From positions 1 to 58,437 of the forward strand of contig JBILKX010000002.1 in NCBI GenBank assembly GCA_044376435.1: a DNA stretch of 58,437 bases. The letters run 5' to 3'. Positions 33,221 to 42,318 of the stretch are shown piece after piece. The position numbers were made by a program, and so were the translations under genes. Below the pieces are notes generated by a model. That model had not been told where the DNA came from. It did not search any database and was given only the letters and a program-made list of their open reading frames with translations. Source of the DNA: Alphaproteobacteria bacterium. GTDB taxonomy: Bacteria; Pseudomonadota; Alphaproteobacteria; JBILKX01. Position 1 is the stretch's first letter. Each line of letters begins with the position of its first letter.

Positions 33221-35551
33221 ATGAACGAAAATTTTTTCAATTCACTCAAGGACAATTCCTTCATGCGTCAGATTTCCGCCATCGTCTTATGCGCTAGTTT
33301 ATCTCTGAATCCCTTAGCCGGCTTGGCTTGGGCAGCTGATATAATGGCGCCCACTGTAGACGCCCAAGGCACCTTAGCGGCGCCACAGAAGCTGGCAAAG
33401 ACCCAGGTTGTACCCCCACACCAAGACCCTGCAAAAAACTCTCAGGCTACACAAACACGGTGGTTCTGGCCACTGGTCGCTGGTATCGGTACTGTCGTCG
33501 CTGTGGTCGGCGGGCTTGCTGTATGGTTTTTCTCACAAAAGTCAACCCCTAGCACAAATCCATTGAGTGAAAAGTCAGACTTCGACCCCATTCCATTGGG
33601 TGAAAAGCCAGAATTCGACCCCATTCCATTGGGTGAAGAGCCAGGTTCTAGTGTTTCACACGCTTTCGACAACGGCACCCGCAATCCACAACCATACCCA
33701 CTAAATCCAAACCAGGATGACGTTCCCACCAAAGAGACCTTAGGCGACAATCGTGACCAACGGTTCACGCTTCATGATGACATACTGACAGAGCAGGCCC
33801 CATTTCCTGAACTTAAAAACCACAGCACTCAAGCGACCGGAACGCCAACAACACCAACGCCAGAGACGGTAGTAACAGAACAGTCACTCACACCTGTACC
33901 GGCAAAGACGGAGGAAAAGATCTCCATAAACGAAGAGACAAAGCCGCAAGGATCAAAGTTGCTTAGCTTAAAGGACCTTCACATTGTGAGTCACCAATTG
34001 AGAAACGCATCTATCCTAGAAGAGCTTTATTTGAAAAAGGAACATCTAGTAGAAACAGAAAATCCTAACGCTATTAAAGAGGAACTCAAAACCCACACGC
34101 ATCAGAACGGCCAGGAGTTTATCAATCATGACAGAACATTATTTCACTATCTTGCGCTCGCGAACGAGGTACATAAATATTCCAAGGTATTTGAGAAAGC
34201 CACACTAAAACTAAACCAGGACAAACTCTATCAGGGTCTAATCAAGTCGGCAGCTTATCTGAGAGATAACGTGCACACGGGGTTAGGTGGCAATCCTGAA
34301 CATAAAGACATGTTATCCAAGATTCACGATCACTTGGTGGAGGAGGAGAAGCAATGTCTTCAAGATCCAAAACACAGTATTAAATATCCCATAGAGCCCT
34401 CGACACCAGGGCCAGAGATGGCAGTAAAGACGCCAATAGTACCACCACAGCCGACCAAGATAGAGGCACTCGAGTTAACTCAAAATGAAGAGACAAAGCT
34501 ACAAGCATCAAAACTGCTTAGCTTACCGGACCTTATCCCTCTTAGTCAGAAATTGGAAACATTATCTTGGGAAAGAAAGCTTTGTTTGAAAAAAGATTCT
34601 GACGCTGTTCTTGATCAACGAACAGCGCCCATGAAAGATAATCCGGAAGCCAAGAAATTTAAGAGGTACGAATTGAACTTATTTCTATATCTTGCAAAGG
34701 CGAGCGATGCAGATCGTCATTCCAAGTTTTTTGAGACCGGAAAACAAGCACTACATGAGCAGGGAATGTACCCGGAGCTCATCACGGCCGCAGCTTATCT
34801 GAGAGATAACGTTAACACCAACACTGAATTAGGTGGCGATCCTGAACATAAAGACATGTTATCCAAGATTCACGATCACTTGGTGGAGGAGAAGAAGCAA
34901 TTTCTTCAAGATCCAAAACACAGTATTAAATATCCCATAGAGCCCTCGACACCAGGGCCAGAGATGGCAGTAAAGACGCCAATAGTACCACCACAGCCGA
35001 CCAAGATAGAGGCACTCGAGTTAACTCAAAAGGAAGAGACAAAGCCGCAAGCCGAAAAACTACTTAGCTTAAATGAACTTATTAATGTTACTAAGGCATT
35101 GAAAGAGTTATCTAATAAACCTTTATCTTCTGTAGAAAAGCTTTATTTGAAAAAGGACGTTCTTCAAGCGTCGCCCGACGATTCTCAGGCTATTCGCACT
35201 GAATTACTCAATCACATTTATAATACTGATGAAGGCAAAATTTTTACTTCTCATAAGTTGATATTATATAAATATCTTGTAAGGGCGAGCGTTGTAGGTG
35301 ATGATCCCGAGTTTTTTGAGACCAGAAAACGAGAACTATATAAGAAGCCAGGCTACGAAGCTCTAATCAACGCCGCAGCTCATCTGAGAGATAACATTCA
35401 CACAGGGGTAGGAGGTAGCGATCCTAAATATAAAGACATGTTATCCAAGATTCACGATCACTTGGTGGAGGAGGAGAAGATACTTCTCAATTCTAAAGAG
35501 CTCACGACACCGGCGCCAGAGCTAAAGACAGAAGTACCCGTAAAGACATAG
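33221..35551 (+). CDS. Hypothetical signal-peptide/TM protein X2 (long paralog with three repeats of about 185 aa)
   Basis: The start is taken at ATG 33221 by analogy with X1; the track uses TTG 33155, and 33263 is an alternative. It shares its N-terminal module with X1, then has a Pro/Thr-rich linker and three large repeats, each ending in AAYLRDN...PEHKDMLSKIHDHLVEE. Confidence 0.72.
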   Translation: MNENFFNSLKDNSFMRQISAIVLCASLSLNPLAGLAWAADIMAPTVDAQGTLAAPQKLAKTQVVPPHQDPAKNSQATQTRWFWPLVAGIGTVVAVVGGLAVWFFSQKSTPSTNPLSEKSDFDPIPLGEKPEFDPIPLGEEPGSSVSHAFDNGTRNPQPYPLNPNQDDVPTKETLGDNRDQRFTLHDDILTEQAPFPELKNHSTQATGTPTTPTPETVVTEQSLTPVPAKTEEKISINEETKPQGSKLLSLKDLHIVSHQLRNASILEELYLKKEHLVETENPNAIKEELKTHTHQNGQEFINHDRTLFHYLALANEVHKYSKVFEKATLKLNQDKLYQGLIKSAAYLRDNVHTGLGGNPEHKDMLSKIHDHLVEEEKQCLQDPKHSIKYPIEPSTPGPEMAVKTPIVPPQPTKIEALELTQNEETKLQASKLLSLPDLIPLSQKLETLSWERKLCLKKDSDAVLDQRTAPMKDNPEAKKFKRYELNLFLYLAKASDADRHSKFFETGKQALHEQGMYPELITAAAYLRDNVNTNTELGGDPEHKDMLSKIHDHLVEEKKQFLQDPKHSIKYPIEPSTPGPEMAVKTPIVPPQPTKIEALELTQKEETKPQAEKLLSLNELINVTKALKELSNKPLSSVEKLYLKKDVLQASPDDSQAIRTELLNHIYNTDEGKIFTSHKLILYKYLVRASVVGDDPEFFETRKRELYKKPGYEALINAAAHLRDNIHTGVGGSDPKYKDMLSKIHDHLVEEEKILLNSKELTTPAPELKTEVPVKT
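33902..35548 (+). repeat. Three tandem coding repeats (about 546-549 bp each) inside X2
   Basis: Repeat landmarks NEETKPQGSKLLSL, NEETKLQASKLLSL and KEETKPQAEKLLSL sit at residues 259, 444 and 626 of the track ORF. Blocks 34295-34498 and 34841-35044 are nearly identical. Confidence 0.85.
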
Positions 35552-35650
35552 GCAGAGACAGAAACATCGACACAGTCAACCCCGCGTGCAAGTCCATTGA
35601 GTGACAGTCCACCCTTTCCCCCTAAGATAAAATGATGGAGGCTGGGTTGT

Positions 35651-36553
35651 CTAGCGTTTACCCTTGAGGACGACACCTAGATTGAGTACAAATCCAATCG
35701 CCCATAGTGTTTTGGCGAGACTTGTCGTCAAGGCGGCCCATTGATGGCGCATGGGGATTCCCAGGCAACGGCTCAAGCGCCCATAGTGCACGGCCGCCTT
35801 GAGAAACAATATCGGCGCCGACCAAAACCAGTGCAGCTCATGGTTTAAGACCCAATGATAATACAGCTGCCGACCGGCCGCATGGGTTGGTCTATGCAGC
35901 TGGCGCGATAAATTATTAGGCTGTTCGTCCACGTAGTAAATACGTAAAATCGTATTACAGCAATACAACTGATACTGTTGGGCAATGCGTTGCCATAGGT
36001 AACTCTCGGGGATAAATTTACATGGCCGCAGATCTGGAAATAAAAATTGTTTCAGAATATCCGTCCGGTGAAATCCCCATTTTTCACCAGCGACCTGGTA
36101 GCGATAGGCTAATTCCGATGAAGTCGCCCTGAGACCATCTTGCGGGAAAGGATCCCCGCAGAGCTTCCCGTATTGATCTTCACATAACACACAGACGCCA
36201 CTAAATGTAGGACGTTGCGCCACGGGGATTTCTTCCCAGCGTGCCGTAAACTCTGCAAGAGCTGTTGGCACGCACGCATCGTCGGCATCTAAAGGCACCA
36301 AGAACTCGCCCTCAGCAGCCTGAATGCCCGTATTCAGAGCCCAGTATTTGCCTTGATTTTCCTGGGATATATAGCGAATCGGTATGATCGCTGCTTCTTG
36401 CCACGCGCGCACTAAGGTGGCTGTCTCATCTGTCGAGCCATCATCAACAATCAGCCATTCAAAATCTTTTTCGGTTTGATTCTGTAAACTATGATATACC
36501 CGTGGCAGTGTATGAGCGGCATTATAGGTTGGTGTTAAGATCGTAAACTGCAT
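35651..36553 (-). CDS. Family 2 glycosyltransferase
   Basis: FTILTPTYNAAHTL ... FEWLIVDDGSTDET and the DADD motif. ATG 36553 (MQFTILTP) is preferred over the track start at 36592. Confidence 0.85.
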   Translation of the reverse strand: MQFTILTPTYNAAHTLPRVYHSLQNQTEKDFEWLIVDDGSTDETATLVRAWQEAAIIPIRYISQENQGKYWALNTGIQAAEGEFLVPLDADDACVPTALAEFTARWEEIPVAQRPTFSGVCVLCEDQYGKLCGDPFPQDGLRATSSELAYRYQVAGEKWGFHRTDILKQFLFPDLRPCKFIPESYLWQRIAQQYQLYCCNTILRIYYVDEQPNNLSRQLHRPTHAAGRQLYYHWVLNHELHWFWSAPILFLKAAVHYGRLSRCLGIPMRHQWAALTTSLAKTLWAIGFVLNLGVVLKGKR

Positions 36554-37383
36554 ACATAATTCCTGAGATACTGCATCACAACTTGGGGGCAATATTTATA
36601 AGCGTGCCATAAATATCTGAGCATGGTGCCCCACTGCCGCAGACGACGCGCTTCACCAGCGCCTTGCAACCAGAGCTGGCCTAATCCTCGCCGTCCAGAA
36701 GCGCCTAGGTTTCCTAAAGTTTGCGCGTGCCTTTTACTAAATATCGGGACAGCTGCAAGTGTTGAGCGGCTCGCCGCTCCCCTATTCGTATAGATGCGGG
36801 CGCAAATTTCTGGCACCGTTGCACACTTACCTCCAGCCACAGCATACCGCAGCAGCCAATCCCAATCCTCAAAGCGTTGTAAGGTTGTATCCATCAGCCC
36901 AATGTCGTTGATCACCTCTCGTTTTATCATCAAGGTTGAGCCTGGGCTTAAGTCACACCCCTGACTAATAGCATCAAGAAAACGAGCGATCATCGGAACA
37001 TGTGTGTTCACCTTACCATCAACATGCCACTCAAACGCCGTCACACTGATCCCGCTAGAATTCTGCTGCATCACCTCAAGCTGCCGAGAGAGCTTATCGG
37101 GCAGCCACTCATCGTCAGAGTCGAGAAAGGCAATAAACGGCGATGTGCCCTGCCTCATACCAGTGTTACGGGCGGCTGCCGCCCCTTGGTTCATCTCATG
37201 CCGACAATAGCGAATCCGCGGATCCTGATACTCAGCAACGACAGCCTCGGTAGCATCCTGGGAGGCATCATCAATGATCCATAATCGCCACTCTTGATAG
37301 GTTTGTGCCCGGACACTCTCGATCGCCCGACGGATTAAATGCGCCCGATTGTAGGTTGGGATAATAATATCTACCTGTGACAC
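36535..37383 (-). CDS. Family 2 glycosyltransferase
   Basis: VDIIIPTYNRAHLI ... WIIDDASQDAT ... FLDSDDEW. Confidence 0.85.
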   Translation of the reverse strand: MSQVDIIIPTYNRAHLIRRAIESVRAQTYQEWRLWIIDDASQDATEAVVAEYQDPRIRYCRHEMNQGAAAARNTGMRQGTSPFIAFLDSDDEWLPDKLSRQLEVMQQNSSGISVTAFEWHVDGKVNTHVPMIARFLDAISQGCDLSPGSTLMIKREVINDIGLMDTTLQRFEDWDWLLRYAVAGGKCATVPEICARIYTNRGAASRSTLAAVPIFSKRHAQTLGNLGASGRRGLGQLWLQGAGEARRLRQWGTMLRYLWHAYKYCPQVVMQYLRNYVCSLRS

Positions 37384-38270
37384 TTAGACACCCACCTACA
37401 CACCAACTGCCATGGAAACCGCCACCACCATCCTGCATCCCACAATAATCCTTCTAACATAAAACGCCATGCCTCTCGGAAAGCTCTCGCCCGAAAACAC
37501 TGGGATGCTTGGTACCCGGCTTCCCAACTGTGCCAGGCTCGACAAGCGTGCTTTAAGAGACGCCGCGTATCCGGCGCGATCATGAATTGACGCGCAATCG
37601 CCATGTATTCAGGGAGTTTACGGGCTTTATAACTCGCCTGTGGATTAAAGGTTAACGACCCCTCATGCTGGTAATATCGGTAAACAAGTGGATCCAGTGC
37701 CTCAGTGCGCATACCCCTATTCCAAGCGCGCAACAAAAATTCTCGATCTGCCGCGATCCGATACTGAGGTTTATATACGCCAGCACGCTCATAAACCCGC
37801 CGATGAAAAAACCGGGCATTTGTTATCGGCACCCCAATCGTTGCATCCCATAATCGCAGTACCTTGATGGCGGAGTCATTGATCACGCCCTGTGTGTGTC
37901 CATGGGCATCGGTCATCTCTACCCCGCCACACACGGAATCAACGAGCGGATTTTCGGCAAATTTCTCAATCACCGCTGCGAACACATTGGGCATATACGC
38001 ATCATCACTATTCAGATGCCCGATGACTGTGCCCTGCGCTCGCGCAATGCCTTTGTTGATGGCATCGTATAAACCGTCATCAGGTTCTGAGATCACCACC
38101 AGGTGAGGATACCGCCGCAAGACGTCTAACGTCCCATCGGTTGAGCCCCCATCAACGATAATATGCTCGACGTGGGGATAATCTTGCTGCAACACGCTCT
38201 CGATGGCAGTGGCAATAAACGCTGCACGATTCAAGCAGGGGGTAATAATTGTCAGCAACGGCTTAGACAT
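37371..38270 (-). CDS. Family 2 glycosyltransferase
   Basis: LTIITPCLNRAAFI ... HIIVDGGSTDGT ... HLNSDDAY. Confidence 0.85.
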   Translation of the reverse strand: MSKPLLTIITPCLNRAAFIATAIESVLQQDYPHVEHIIVDGGSTDGTLDVLRRYPHLVVISEPDDGLYDAINKGIARAQGTVIGHLNSDDAYMPNVFAAVIEKFAENPLVDSVCGGVEMTDAHGHTQGVINDSAIKVLRLWDATIGVPITNARFFHRRVYERAGVYKPQYRIAADREFLLRAWNRGMRTEALDPLVYRYYQHEGSLTFNPQASYKARKLPEYMAIARQFMIAPDTRRLLKHACRAWHSWEAGYQASQCFRARAFREAWRFMLEGLLWDAGWWWRFPWQLVCRWVSKCHR

Positions 38271-39300
38271 TCATAAAATACTCAAGGTACCACTCAACGG
38301 TTGACTGGAGGGCTGACGCAAATTCATGCTGTGGTGCGTATCCAAGCTGCTGGTTCGCTTTGTCGCAGTTGATTGCATAGCGCTGGTCATGACCTTTACG
38401 GTCATTAACGAAGCTGATCAGGTCGCGACTACGGCCACCCTTGAAGCAACGGGCGTTGACGTAGTGATGAGCGTATTGAGGTGTGCTCTTTAAAACCTGG
38501 TCAACAGTATCGCACAGCGTCTCTATAAGCTCAAGGTTCGTCCAAGCGACTCCCCCGCCTATATTGTAAACCTCTCCCATCTTACCCTGGGTCAAAATAA
38601 GCTCTAACCCGTAACAATGGTCGCGCACGTATAACCAATCACGGATATTTTGGCCGGTGCCATAAATCGGGATAGACTCCCCAGACACCATTCGATGGAT
38701 GGCTAAAGGCATCAGCTTTTCCTCATACTGATACGCTCCAAAATTATTTGAGCAATGACTGATGGTCACCGGGATCTTGTAGGTTTGCCCATAAGCCCGC
38801 ACAAGATGATCACTGCCGGCTTTGCTCGCCGCATAAGGCGAATTGGGAGCATAGCGATCTAATTCCGTGGTTGGGGCTGCCGCCGGCTCGAGGCTTCCAT
38901 ACACCTCATCTGTCGATACATGATGAAAGCGATACCGCGCAGGATCCGCTGCCTCTCCCCAAAATTGGAGGGCTGCCTTTAGCAACGTGTGTGTCCCGAG
39001 AATATTTGTGGTGACAAAAATATCTGGACCTTCTATCGACCGATCAACATGCGATTCAGCTGCAAAATGTACAACACGCTCAACGGCTTTATCTTGAAAT
39101 ATTTCCGTTACCAGTGTCTCGTCGCGTATGTCCCCTTTGATGAAATCGATCTTCCCAAGGACACCGCCCAGATTCTCACGTCGGCCCGCATAGGTTAATG
39201 CATCAAGAACCACCAACTGATCCTCGGGATATTTATCCAACCAATAATGCACAAAATTTGCGCCAATAAATCCAGCCCCGCCAGTGATTAATATTGTCAT
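38263..39300 (-). CDS. rfbB: dTDP-glucose 4,6-dehydratase
   Basis: ILITGGAGFIGANF, STDEVYG and YAASKAGSD (YxxxK). Typical RmlB length of 345 aa. Confidence 0.9.
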   Translation of the reverse strand: MTILITGGAGFIGANFVHYWLDKYPEDQLVVLDALTYAGRRENLGGVLGKIDFIKGDIRDETLVTEIFQDKAVERVVHFAAESHVDRSIEGPDIFVTTNILGTHTLLKAALQFWGEAADPARYRFHHVSTDEVYGSLEPAAAPTTELDRYAPNSPYAASKAGSDHLVRAYGQTYKIPVTISHCSNNFGAYQYEEKLMPLAIHRMVSGESIPIYGTGQNIRDWLYVRDHCYGLELILTQGKMGEVYNIGGGVAWTNLELIETLCDTVDQVLKSTPQYAHHYVNARCFKGGRSRDLISFVNDRKGHDQRYAINCDKANQQLGYAPQHEFASALQSTVEWYLEYFMNV

Positions 39301-39302
39301 TG

Positions 39303-41228
39303 TTATTCTTCCTTATGCTTTTCCACCCATACCTGAAACATGAGAACAGCCCATAAAATTGCACTCCAGTTACGCTGCCCATGTTGATGCTGTTGCCATA
39401 ACTGATCATAGACTATTTTTTCATTAAATATACCTTGATATTTTAGACGTGACGGCGACAAATAATCTTCTGCCCATGACCGCAAAGGCCCGCGCAACCA
39501 ATGGGCTAATGGCACACCAAATCCCATTTTAGGTCTATTAATTAAGGTAGATGGCAGATGGGAGGCGAGGATTTGGCGTAAAGCCCACTTGCTCTTCCCA
39601 TCCCGATACTTGTAAGCAAGTGGCAATCGCCAAGCCATCGTTGCCAAGCGATGATCCAGGAGCGGCACTCTCACCTCTAATCCAACGGCCATTGAAGCGC
39701 GGTCCACTTTTGTCAGGACATCATCTGGCATATAACTCATAATATCCCATGCCTGGAACTGATCCATCAGCACACCAGTTGTGGAGGCAGGCCAGTCTAT
39801 TGGCGACGGCTGGGCTGTGAGGATCGAAGAACCATCCGTCGGCAACGCGACGAGACTTTGATAGACTGCCTCGGCACTTGCAGCTGGCAGTAAAGCGGCA
39901 AATTTGTGGATCTTATCACCTAACTGAGGCATCATCGCTGGCAGCCAACGATCATAGTGCTCTGGAGATAAGAGCTTCAGACCGCACGCCAAGGCTTGCC
40001 GACCAAGCCTTGGGATCCACGCCATGCGACGCCAAAGCTTTGCTGCTAATTGATAGCGATTATATCCAGCAAAAAACTCGTCACCTCCGTCCCCTGACAA
40101 TGCCACTGTCACATGCTCTTTGGCGAGCTTTGCAACGAGGTACGTCGGGATTTGCGAGGAGTCAGCAAATGGCTCGTCGTAGACATGAGCAATCATCTGT
40201 GCGGTTTCAAGCGCCTGCGCATCAGTGATGTACAGCTCAGTATGGTTCGTCTGTAAATGGTGGGCAATAGCGCGGGCATAGGGTGCTTCGTCAAAGCTTG
40301 GATCTTCAAACCCAATTGAGAAAGTACGGACTTGTTGGGCGCTGTGCTTTTGCATCAACGCCACGACCAAGCTACTATCAATGCCACCGGATAAAAACGC
40401 TCCTACTGGCACATCTGCCATGAGCTGGCGTTTTACCGCATCATTGAGAAGCGTCTCTAGCGACTGGAGAATGAGTGGCTCCGGCCGTGTTTCAAGGTCG
40501 CGCGCGCGGATACCGTCCGTGATCATGGTTTCTGTATGCCAGTAACGCTGCACCTGGGCCTCTGATGTGTCTGACGTCAGAACGACATACCCTCCCGGGG
40601 GTAACTTATACAGACCATCATAAATGCTCGAGGCACCAAGGATATATCCCCGCTGAGCATATGAACGTAAGGCCTCAGCGGAGAAAGATAGCGGCTGGCT
40701 TGCGAACATACGCACACTTTTAAGCTCTGATGCAAAAACCCAGCGCTGCCCGATGAATCCATAGTATAAAGGCTTGACTCCAAAGCGATCGCGAACAAGG
40801 GTTAGGGTGTTTTTATGGGTGTCCCATATCCCCATGGCGAACATGCCAATCAGCTTTGTCACTGTCTCGTTAATACCCCAGTGACTTATGGCTTCAAGAA
40901 TGACTTCTGTATCAGAGTGACCGCGAAATTGCGCACCAAGTCCTTTGAGTTGTTCTGCAAGTTCGGGGGCATTAAACACTTCGCCATTATAGACCATAAC
41001 GTAGCGCCCATTATGACTGATCATAGGTTGATCGCCCGTGGGAGAGAGATCCACGATCGCCAAGCGTCGATGTGCGAGGGCAATGCCAGTGCTCGCATCA
41101 ACCCATACCCCATCGCCGTCTGGGCCACGATGCGCTATCGCATCAGACATCGAGCGCACTTGCGTTTCAAGATCTGTGCGTGTTATCCCAGTCCGTGATG
41201 TTGTTAAGAAGCCTGCAATTCCGCACAT
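39303..41228 (-). CDS. asnB: Asparagine synthase (glutamine-hydrolysing) family amidotransferase
   Basis: MCGIAGF N-terminal Cys nucleophile and the PP-loop SGGIDSS. 641 aa. Its location in a polysaccharide operon suggests a sugar-amidating role of the WbpS type. Confidence 0.85.
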   Translation of the reverse strand: MCGIAGFLTTSRTGITRTDLETQVRSMSDAIAHRGPDGDGVWVDASTGIALAHRRLAIVDLSPTGDQPMISHNGRYVMVYNGEVFNAPELAEQLKGLGAQFRGHSDTEVILEAISHWGINETVTKLIGMFAMGIWDTHKNTLTLVRDRFGVKPLYYGFIGQRWVFASELKSVRMFASQPLSFSAEALRSYAQRGYILGASSIYDGLYKLPPGGYVVLTSDTSEAQVQRYWHTETMITDGIRARDLETRPEPLILQSLETLLNDAVKRQLMADVPVGAFLSGGIDSSLVVALMQKHSAQQVRTFSIGFEDPSFDEAPYARAIAHHLQTNHTELYITDAQALETAQMIAHVYDEPFADSSQIPTYLVAKLAKEHVTVALSGDGGDEFFAGYNRYQLAAKLWRRMAWIPRLGRQALACGLKLLSPEHYDRWLPAMMPQLGDKIHKFAALLPAASAEAVYQSLVALPTDGSSILTAQPSPIDWPASTTGVLMDQFQAWDIMSYMPDDVLTKVDRASMAVGLEVRVPLLDHRLATMAWRLPLAYKYRDGKSKWALRQILASHLPSTLINRPKMGFGVPLAHWLRGPLRSWAEDYLSPSRLKYQGIFNEKIVYDQLWQQHQHGQRNWSAILWAVLMFQVWVEKHKEE

Positions 41229-42274
41229 AACTGCTCTCGTAATTTTTCAAGGATATTGCTGCTGATTTCATGATACGCTTGGGCACCAGGCGATGTGGGG
41301 GCGGCCAGCATGACAGGCGTCCCTGCATCCGATTGTACCCGTACCGCAATATCTAGGGGCACTGCCCCCAAAAACGGCACTTGATAAGTATGGGCATGAT
41401 CTGCAGCCCCGCCATGCCCAAAAATATCGTTTCTATGACCACAATGGAGACACGTAAACTGTGACATTGTTTCAATGATCCCAAGCACTGGGATCCCCAC
41501 CCGCTCGAACATCTTTAAAGCTTTATGGGCATCAATAAGCGCCACATCTTGGGGCGTTGAGACAATGATTCCAGCGGTGACTTGGATCTGTTGAGATAAG
41601 GTCAGCTGCGCATCCCCTGTCCCTGGTGGCAGGTCTAAAACTAACAGATCGAGAGGACCTAACGACGTGCCATCCCACGCAACATCTTGCAGCAGTTGCT
41701 TCACGGCACTCTGGACCATGAGACCACGCCAAATGACAGGCGACTGCAATGGCACCATCATGCCGATCGAAAGACACGCGACACCATGGGCCAACACCGG
41801 CACCAGCTTCTTATCAGCGGTCACATCAGGTTTTGCTGTAATTGCCATCATTGTTGGTATTGAAGGGCCGTAGACATCAAGATCCACTAAGCCAACTTTA
41901 TAGCCTTGCTGTGCGCACGCCACCGCTAAATTCACGGCAGTTGTAGATTTGCCAACGCCGCCTTTACCGGAAGCGACTGCAATTGTTGCCTTCACACCAG
42001 AGATACGCGCTTTAGGCGACGATTTATCTGATACTGTTTCGGCCTTCGACTTATGGCTTGAGATGAGAATCTGCGCCTCAGCGCCCGCTTCTTTAAGTGC
42101 TTGTGTAACATGTGCGTGCAGGGCTGGGCCGTGACGCATCATAGCTTCTGGGAACTCAATGATGAGTTGGGGGCTAGGTTGGTCTTGGATATGCTTCACC
42201 CAGCCAGTGGATAAAAGATCTCCACCGCCAAGCGAGGCGGGCAATTTAAGCTGCTTTAGGATGTTACGAATCAT
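41204..42274 (-). CDS. apbC: Mrp/ApbC/NBP35-family Fe-S cluster carrier ATPase
   Basis: Deviant Walker A ASGKGGVGKST and CLHCGH (CxxC). N-terminal DUF59-like region. Confidence 0.88.
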   Translation of the reverse strand: MIRNILKQLKLPASLGGGDLLSTGWVKHIQDQPSPQLIIEFPEAMMRHGPALHAHVTQALKEAGAEAQILISSHKSKAETVSDKSSPKARISGVKATIAVASGKGGVGKSTTAVNLAVACAQQGYKVGLVDLDVYGPSIPTMMAITAKPDVTADKKLVPVLAHGVACLSIGMMVPLQSPVIWRGLMVQSAVKQLLQDVAWDGTSLGPLDLLVLDLPPGTGDAQLTLSQQIQVTAGIIVSTPQDVALIDAHKALKMFERVGIPVLGIIETMSQFTCLHCGHRNDIFGHGGAADHAHTYQVPFLGAVPLDIAVRVQSDAGTPVMLAAPTSPGAQAYHEISSNILEKLREQLCAELQAS

Positions 42275-42318
42275 ATGATTGCAACAGTAGAGGATTTAGG
42301 TACAGACTTCAAGGAAGA

